A stretch of 64,000 nt of DNA from Longimicrobiales bacterium (GTDB lineage: Bacteria; Gemmatimonadota; Gemmatimonadetes; Longimicrobiales; Gaopeijiaceae), in NCBI GenBank assembly GCA_965238005.1, contig OZ250165.1, positions 3,936,001 through 4,000,000 of the forward strand. Direction: 5' to 3'. Shown here one piece after another: positions 57,526-64,000 of this stretch; position 1 is the first letter of the stretch; each line of letters begins with the position of its first letter. The translations under genes and the position numbers were made by a program. The notes below the pieces were generated by a model. The model did not search any database. It was not told the origin of the DNA and worked only from the letters and a program-made list of their open reading frames with translations.

Positions 57526-58821
57526 GTGGAGCATCCCTTGAGCGATTCCTCGACTCACTGGCTCGCGACGCTCGCGCTGCGCGCGGGCCTCGGAGACGCC
57601 ATGAACTCGGGCGTGTCCGATGAGATTCCGGTGGAGAGAGCATGGCCCTGGGTAGCGGACTTCCTCGGGATCACGCAGGAGCAGCTCGCAAAGGGGATCG
57701 GTGAGGCCCTTCGCTTACCCACGGCGGACCTGGCCGACGCGGACCCCTCTGCCCTCGCGTTCCTGCCCAAGGAGGAGGCCGATCGGCTCCGTGTGCTCCC
57801 CATCCGGGCCAGCGACCGCGAGCTGGTCGTGGCGACCTCCGATCCTCTCGACTTCGAGGCGGAGCGTGAAGTGGCTTTTCTCTCCAGCCGCCGCACTGTG
57901 TTCGAGGTGGCACCGCCGGACGAGCTAACGGCGGCCCGGGAGAAAGCCTACAAAAAGGCCACCGCCAGCGCTCGCGAGATTATCGGTGGCGACCAACTCG
58001 CCGAGGCCTACGACCGCGTGCAGGTGGACCCGTCGTTCGAGGGCACCATCCCGTACCACGCCGAGTCGGTTATCAAGGTCGAGCGGCTGATCCTATACGA
58101 GGCGTCCAAGCAGGGGGCAACCGAGGTTCACGTGGCACCCCGGGGTAGCGTAGGGCGTGTACAGTTCGAGCTGGACGGCCAACTCACGACCTTCGTTCGC
58201 GTTCCCCTCAAGATGATGACGGAGGTCGTGGATCGGCTGCGTACCCTAGCAGGCCTTTCGCACAGCGGGACCGAGCGGGAGTCCGGGACGATCCCCCTCC
58301 TCATCGCCGACGCCAAGTATACGCTGTCCGTGCACACCGTCCCCTCCTCCTCCGGGCACCTCGTGCTGGAGCTCGTGGGCGAAGGCGTGCCGGCGCCGGC
58401 CGTACCCAAGAAGCGGGACTGGCAACCTGCCACGACGACCGACGAAGGGCACATCCTCATCGTCGACGACGACGCCGGCGCGCGCATGCTCATGCGCACG
58501 GTCCTGGAGAAGAACGGTTTCAAGGTGACTGAAGCCGACGACGGCAGCACGGCCATTCCCTTCCTCCAGCAGGCCGAGGACATCGACGGAATCCTCCTCG
58601 ACCTGATGATGAAGAGCATGGACGGCCTGGAGACCCTCGAACGTATCCGGAAGTCGATGAAAACGGCCGCGCTGCCGGTGGTGATCCTCACGGGCTCGCC
58701 AAACCCGGAAGACGAAAAGCGCCTCATGAAGGCCGGGGCCGATGACTACCTGCGCAAGCCCGTGGATCCCCTCCAGCTCGTGATCCGGATCAGGTCGGTG
58801 CTCAAGAGGGCCGGCTCCTAA
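57526..58821 (+). CDS. T2SSE_N/MshEN-like domain fused to response regulator receiver
   Basis: VLP..LVVATSDPLD, GATEVHVAP, then ILIVDDD..LLDLMM..PVVILT..GADDYLRKP; no Walker motifs. Confidence 0.82.
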   Translation: MEHPLSDSSTHWLATLALRAGLGDAMNSGVSDEIPVERAWPWVADFLGITQEQLAKGIGEALRLPTADLADADPSALAFLPKEEADRLRVLPIRASDRELVVATSDPLDFEAEREVAFLSSRRTVFEVAPPDELTAAREKAYKKATASAREIIGGDQLAEAYDRVQVDPSFEGTIPYHAESVIKVERLILYEASKQGATEVHVAPRGSVGRVQFELDGQLTTFVRVPLKMMTEVVDRLRTLAGLSHSGTERESGTIPLLIADAKYTLSVHTVPSSSGHLVLELVGEGVPAPAVPKKRDWQPATTTDEGHILIVDDDAGARMLMRTVLEKNGFKVTEADDGSTAIPFLQQAEDIDGILLDLMMKSMDGLETLERIRKSMKTAALPVVILTGSPNPEDEKRLMKAGADDYLRKPVDPLQLVIRIRSVLKRAGS

Positions 58822-60487
58822 TCCGATCTCGCCGGCGCTCTTCGGGCGGGACACCGGTCACTCCGGCAAAGGGGATCCCCGTGAGCTCGGCCACGTTCCT
58901 CTTCCACGTGGTGAGGTCGCCCAGGCTCATCTCCGAGAGATGGCTCTTCCCGCACGCCCGGGCCAAGACCTTAATGAGCTCGGTGGAGGCCGTAAAGTAA
59001 TTGGCGAGCCGCTTCGCGGACTCCTCCACGATGAGCCGTGCCCTCAGATCCTTCCTCTGCGTGGCGATGCCCACCGGGCAGTTGTTGGTGTGGCAGGCTC
59101 GCATCCCGAGGCACCCGATGGCCTGGATCGCCGCGTTGGCCACGGCCACGGCGTCGGCGCCCAGAGCCAGAGCCTTGATAAAGTCCGACTCGGTCCGAAG
59201 CCCCCCCGTTATGATGAGCGTCACATCGCCGGCGCCCACCGAGTCCAGGTGCCGCCGAGCGCGGGCCACGGCCACCATGGTGGGAACCGAAATGTTGTTC
59301 TTGAAGATCTCCGGAGCGGCTCCCGTGGCACCCCCCCGGCCGTCGAGAATGACGTAGTCGATGCCGACCTCCAAGGCGAAGTCCAGGTCGGCCTCGATGT
59401 GCTGCGCGGACATCTTGAAGCCGATGGGAATCCCGCCCGTGCGCTCCCGGATCTGATCCGCCAGCTCGCGGAAGTCGGCCGGGGTCGCGAGGTCGGGAAA
59501 GCGTGGCGGAGAGATGGCGGGCTTGCCCTCCTCCAGGCCTCGCACCTCGGCGATCTTGCCGACCACCTTGTGCCCGGGCAGGTGGCCCCCGGTTCCGGTC
59601 TTGGCTCCCTGCCCTCCCTTGAAGTGGAAGGCCTGAGCCGAGCACGCCATGTCCAGGCTCCACCCGAAGCGAGCCGAGGCCAGCTCGTAGAAGTACCGGG
59701 AGTTGGCCGCCTGCTCCTCGGGAAGCATCCCGCCCTCGCCGGAGCAGATCCCGGTGCCCGCCATCTCGGCTCCGGTGGCCAGCGCCACCTTGGCCTCCTC
59801 CGAGAGCGCCCCGAAGCTCATGTCGCTCACGAACATGGGCAGCTCGAGGCGGAGGGGCCGGCCGGCCTTGGGGCCGATAACCACGTCCGTGCCCACCCGA
59901 TCCTCGTCAGCCAGCGGCCGGGTGGCCAGCTGTGCCGTCAGGATCTGAACGTCGTCCCAGCGCGGAAGCTCGGTGAGAGGAACTCCCATGGCGGAGACGA
60001 CCCCGTGGTGGCCCACGCCCTCGATACCGCCCTTGGCCAACCTCTGGATGTAACCGTTGTGGGGCTCGGCGGGCGTGCCGTGAACGTCGGCGTACAGACC
60101 GAGGTACTCGTTGCGACGGTAGGGCTGGGGGTGCTCCTCCTCCCACTCCCGGAACTCGTCGGCGTCCACGAACACGGCGTCTTCCAGGGCGTCGATCCAC
60201 GAGGTGAACTTGTGGAGCACCTCCTCGTTGCTGTACTCGCTCACACCCGTGTCGTACCGGTAGTCCCAGTTGTGCACTCCACAGATGAGGCTCTCTCCAC
60301 GGATGCTCCCGTCCGCCAGTAGTGCGCCCCGGTGGAGGCAGCGACCGTACAGCACCGAGACCTTGTCGTCGTAGCGGACGACGACCAGGTCGACGTTCCC
60401 CACGAGGGCGTAGGTGGGCTTTCGGTCCTCGAGCTCATTCCAGTTGGCAACTTTGACTCTCTGGGCACTGACGGTGGGAAGGTTCAT
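58802..60487 (-). CDS. Rieske 2Fe-2S + FMN-binding glutamate-synthase-family fusion
   Basis: CLH..CGVH Rieske motif; MSFGALS, SGEGG, GQGAKTGTGGHL, CLGMRACHTNNC. Confidence 0.92.
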   Translation of the reverse strand: MNLPTVSAQRVKVANWNELEDRKPTYALVGNVDLVVVRYDDKVSVLYGRCLHRGALLADGSIRGESLICGVHNWDYRYDTGVSEYSNEEVLHKFTSWIDALEDAVFVDADEFREWEEEHPQPYRRNEYLGLYADVHGTPAEPHNGYIQRLAKGGIEGVGHHGVVSAMGVPLTELPRWDDVQILTAQLATRPLADEDRVGTDVVIGPKAGRPLRLELPMFVSDMSFGALSEEAKVALATGAEMAGTGICSGEGGMLPEEQAANSRYFYELASARFGWSLDMACSAQAFHFKGGQGAKTGTGGHLPGHKVVGKIAEVRGLEEGKPAISPPRFPDLATPADFRELADQIRERTGGIPIGFKMSAQHIEADLDFALEVGIDYVILDGRGGATGAAPEIFKNNISVPTMVAVARARRHLDSVGAGDVTLIITGGLRTESDFIKALALGADAVAVANAAIQAIGCLGMRACHTNNCPVGIATQRKDLRARLIVEESAKRLANYFTASTELIKVLARACGKSHLSEMSLGDLTTWKRNVAELTGIPFAGVTGVPPEERRRDRIRSRPS

Positions 60488-60603
60488 CTCGGGCTGTCTC
60501 CAGGCTGGACGCGTCGGTGAATACAGGAATCCGAAGATACTCAACTCCACGTCACTGGACCTGTGGACGGCTTTGGCGTATCAGCCCGCCGCTCTCCTCT
60601 CTT

Positions 60604-61542
60604 TCAGGCCTCGGATCCGAAGCCCGCCTCCACCTCCAGGAGCCGCTTCTTCCGCCAGAGGCCCCCACCATACCCCGTGAGCTTGCCGTCCGCACCGATG
60701 ACGCGATGGCAGGGGATGAGGATGGCGATCCGGTTGTCCCCGTTAGCGCGAGCCACGGCCCGGACGGCGGTGGGGCGATCGATGTCTGCAGCGATCTCGC
60801 CGTAGCTCTTGGTGGTCCCGGCGGGGATGGACCGGAGGCGCGCCCATACCTCCTGCTGGAACGACGTTCCCGGCGTCACGAGGGGAATGGTGAACTCCAC
60901 CGCCTCACCGCTGAAGTACGACTCGAGCTCCTCCGCCAGGCGATCGAACACCTCGCTCGTGCCGGGGACGAACACACAGTCCAGGCGCTTCTGAAGGCGC
61001 ACAAGCTGGGTCTCGAGCATCCGCCGGTCGGCGAATTCCAGAAGGCAGAGGGCGTCGTCGACGGCGCCAGCCACCATGGGGCCCAGGGGCGTGGGGATGC
61101 GGGTCACCGACACCAACGTCGAGCTCCGCACGTCCCGGGGAGCCTGCCCCACGAACCGCTTGAAGGCCTCGTTGAATCCGCTCAGCGATTCGTAACCCGA
61201 GCTCAAGGCGGCCCGGCTGACCCCCGATCCCTGCTGGATCTGATCCAGTGCCAAGGCAAGGCGGCGCACTCGGGAATAGGCGTGGAAGGTCATTCCGTGG
61301 TTCGACTGGAACCACCGCCGGACCCGCTCCGGGCTGAGCCCCCGGCTACGAAGATCCTGATCGGTCCAGCGCCGCTCGGGCTCGGCCTCGACATCACTCA
61401 TGAGACGGCCGAGCCAGATCGGAAGCGTACCCGATGGCTCCATGGGCCGGGATCGCTTGCACGGCCGGAAGCCCGCCACAAGGGCATCCCTGGTCGATGG
61501 AAAGAAGTCGACGTTCTCCTCGCACGGCTTCTGGCCGAGCAT
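60604..61542 (-). pseudogene. ada: Ada-type regulator/O6-alkylguanine methyltransferase with damaged N-terminus
   Basis: Intact AraC HTH (SGYESLSGF) and IPCHRV active site; Zn-site CKRC changed to CKRS; TCSAR is out of frame and the upstream N-terminus is missing. Confidence 0.72.
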
Positions 61543-61824
61543 GTATGAACGACAATCTGAGACATCGGCACCTAGCTTTCCACCGGAGAATCGGCGTCGA
61601 ATTCTTGTCCCGCGATTCCCGAGGCCGAGCGGCGAGTCCACTCGCAACTTCGCCCCCGGAAGGCTCAGGGAGCCCCCGGCTCTTGAGACCATTTTTGCCG
61701 TCCCCACGTCGTACAGACATGGGGGTGTTTGCAAAGCCCCCCGGAGACCAGACGAGACTGGAAGAGCTTCAGGAAGCTCCTCCATGTGAGTTGGCATCCA
61801 GATCCTCTCCGTAGCGCCCCTCCA

Positions 61825-62016
61825 CCCGCGATGGGAACGGCGACTCCAGACCAACTTCAGACACCGGGCAAGGCGGCCTTGGGCCTCCAAGCTTCGATCC
61901 CGGGATGCGCTGACGGCGCCCACGGTGGGCAGCCCCGTGGCGATGGCCACAGCCTCCATGAGCGTGGACTTCCCGGAACTGTTCTCACCGACGAAGCAAC
62001 ACACGGGGCCGTCGAG
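61825..62016 (-). pseudogene. Fragment of a predicted AAA/ABC-type ATPase
   Basis: PVCCFVGENSSGKSTLMEAVA Walker A region only, about 64 codons. Confidence 0.65.
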
Positions 62017-62111
62017 ATTGGCATCCTTCCTGCATCCTGTGATCCCCATGTCTGGGCACGACCAACCTGCCCAGGAACCGACCACATCAGGATCCAAGAG
62101 CAGGAGGACCG

Positions 62112-62795
62112 ATGATCAACACGGGAACCAGGTCGCGCCTCGGCGTGGCCCTGACCATTTTCCTTGCCGGCCTCGGCGCGTGCGCCCACGTGGGCCAGGA
62201 TCAATTCGACGCCGAGGTCGAGTCTCTCCATCGCGAGATCAAAGAGGGCGACCGGGCCAACCAGCAGCGCGTGGACGATCTTGGCCGCCGCACCGACGAG
62301 CAGATGGAGGAGCTCTCGGCTCGTCTGGACGGGCTGACCCAGAGCCTTTCGGAGCTCCGAGGTGAGTTCGACGTCACGGTCGAGCGGCTGGAGAGCGCCG
62401 TTCGCTTCGACATACCGGTGTACTTCGGATTCGACGAGGCCACTCTCCGGCCCGAGGATCTTCCGGTCCTGGACCGGTTCAGCAGGGTCGTGATGGAATA
62501 CTACCCCGACGCCCTCGTCACAGTGGAGGGGTTCACCGATCCCGCCGGGTCTGTGGAGTACAACCGCCGGCTCGGATTACGGCGGGCGGAGGCGGTCCGG
62601 GGATACCTGGTGGAGTCCGGCGGCTTTCAGGAGAGCCGGGTCAGAGCCGTCAGCTACGGAGAGGACGTGGCCCGCCTCGTGGCGCCCAGACAGGCGGGCC
62701 GCGACGCAGGCTGGGAGAATCGCCGAGTGGCCCTCGTCATCGAGCATCTCGGTGTGGTAAGCGATCCGGCGCCCATGACGGGAGGAGCGCGCTAG
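62112..62795 (+). CDS. OmpA/Pal family lipoprotein
   Basis: LGAC lipobox, coiled coil, VYFGFD, VEGFTD..YN..LG.RRA, SYGE, NRRV. Confidence 0.92.
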   Translation: MINTGTRSRLGVALTIFLAGLGACAHVGQDQFDAEVESLHREIKEGDRANQQRVDDLGRRTDEQMEELSARLDGLTQSLSELRGEFDVTVERLESAVRFDIPVYFGFDEATLRPEDLPVLDRFSRVVMEYYPDALVTVEGFTDPAGSVEYNRRLGLRRAEAVRGYLVESGGFQESRVRAVSYGEDVARLVAPRQAGRDAGWENRRVALVIEHLGVVSDPAPMTGGAR

Positions 62796-63259
62796 CCCGA
62801 CTCCTCGAAGACCAATTCCGTGGTGATGTCGATGCACCCCGAGATCGACTTGTATACGGGGCATTTCGAGTGATGGAACTCGTGCACGCGCCTGGCCGTC
62901 TGCTCGGCCTCGGCGTCTCCCACCAAACGATAGCGGACGTGGATCCGCTTGATCACGAGGACGCCGTCCTCCTTCTCGACTTCACCTCTCACGTCGGCCG
63001 CGAGCCGTCCGTCGCCAGCCGAGATCCCGCGCGCCTCCAGCGCGCCTCCGAGGGTGCCGGTCAGTCAGCCGCCAGTGGCGGCCACGACGTGATCGAGCGT
63101 GGTGGCGAACTCCTCGTCGGGGTCGACTCCGTAGTGTTCTGCGATGGCGCCATGCACGCCGAACATCGCGGGCTCCGCCGTGGCGGGAAGGTAGGCTCGG
63201 CGCACCGGACCCTTCACGCGCTCGATCCGGATGTCCGCCGTGTAGACCACGTCACCCAT
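62792..63259 (-). CDS. OsmC-family selenoprotein (Sec at TGA 63065-63067), 155 aa
   Basis: MGDVVY..LDHVVAATGG-TGA-LTGTLGGALEARGI..VLVIKRIHVRY..KCPVYKSI in a single frame; hairpin GCGCGC-TGGAG-GCGCGC starts 19 nt after the TGA. Confidence 0.85.
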
Positions 63260-63461
63260 GTTGGCTTCTCCATGCGGTTGAGGTGCCCGATGGTATCGGT
63301 TGATCACCGACCGCGGCAAGCCGACCACAGGCTCCGGCAACCGAACGAGCGGCGACGGGCCGGAGTTCCGTGGAACCTCTGCCCGGCCAGGGATCGTATG
63401 TGAGGGTATGTGTGGCAAGGGTCGTTGACCTGCGACGGTCGATCAGAGGGGAGGGTGCGGC

Positions 63462-64000
63462 ATGAGCGAGCGTGGTCTGGTCCCCATCATCTGGAGTCCC
63501 CGGTCCGAAGTGAACATTGGGAAGCACGCCTTTCCGGTTGAGAAGTACCGGTTGGTCAAGGAGCGCCTCGAGGACGGAGGCTGGCTCGAGAAGACCCGTC
63601 TGGAGTCGCCCGAGCCTGCCACCGACGAGGACATCCTCCGAGTCCATTCGCCTGCCTATTGGGAGAAGATCACTACGGGAGCCTTCACGCCCTCTGAAGA
63701 GCGCATCCTGGAGATCCCCTTCTCTGACGACCTAAGGGAGGCCTCGGTCCTTTGCGCCGGTGGCACCACGCAGGCAGGGCGGCTGGCGCTGGCAGAGGGG
63801 AGAGCCGTTCACCTGGGCGGGGGATTCCATCACGCCTTCGCGGATCACGGAGAGGGCTTCTGCCTCCTCAACGACGTCGCCATCGCAGTGGCGACCCTGC
63901 TGGCCGAGAGCGCCACGGAGCGCATCGCCGTGGTCGACCTGGACGTGCACCACGGAAACGGCACGGCCGCCATCTTCGCCGATGAGCCCCACGTCTTCAC
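63462..64000 (+). CDS. Histone deacetylase family protein (partial, runs off right edge)
   Basis: HAFPVEKY, LRVHS..Y, GGGFHHAF..GEGFCLLNDVA, VDLDVHHGNGT. Confidence 0.92.
   Translation, partial: MSERGLVPIIWSPRSEVNIGKHAFPVEKYRLVKERLEDGGWLEKTRLESPEPATDEDILRVHSPAYWEKITTGAFTPSEERILEIPFSDDLREASVLCAGGTTQAGRLALAEGRAVHLGGGFHHAFADHGEGFCLLNDVAIAVATLLAESATERIAVVDLDVHHGNGTAAIFADEPHVF

Noticed and set aside
63374..63400. ECF-type promoter GGAACC-N17-CGTA before the HDAC gene
   Set aside because: Short degenerate motif with no independent support; not reported as a feature.

Overview
GC-rich bacterial chromosomal window with about 65 genes. The gene content and protein style suggest Gemmatimonadota (inference, not proven). 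Most genes are housekeeping or metabolic: ilvE, ggt, SDRs, folE-queD, folM/folK/folB, fumC, trxB, ferredoxin-NADP reductase, mlaFED-like, rho, DAK2-DegV and a Rieske/FMN glutamate-synthase-like fusion. No rRNA, tRNA or CRISPR array was seen. Several signals are missed by the ORF track. (1) A 2953-bp IS1595-family element (18372-21324, 8-bp TSD TAACGTTT) splits an ABC ATPase gene and carries a DNA methyltransferase fused to an Mrr-like nuclease domain, plus a 51-aa basic ORF. (2) An OsmC-family gene has an in-frame TGA at the catalytic Cys position followed by a SECIS-like hairpin, making it a probable selenoprotein. (3) A 6S-RNA-like ncRNA lies on the minus strand at about 38984-39134, outside the usual zapA context. 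(4) A 178-bp CTAG-associated MITE is present as two full copies and one inverted fragment, along with other CTAG-bounded mini-palindromes. (5) A palindromic operator GTAAAC-N4-GTTTAC is shared upstream of two unlinked genes. (6) About 10 genes are disrupted by nonsense codons, frameshifts, an internal deletion, truncation or IS insertion, suggesting genome erosion, although assembly errors cannot be excluded for the single-base events. All family calls come from motif recognition by eye; no database searches were run.
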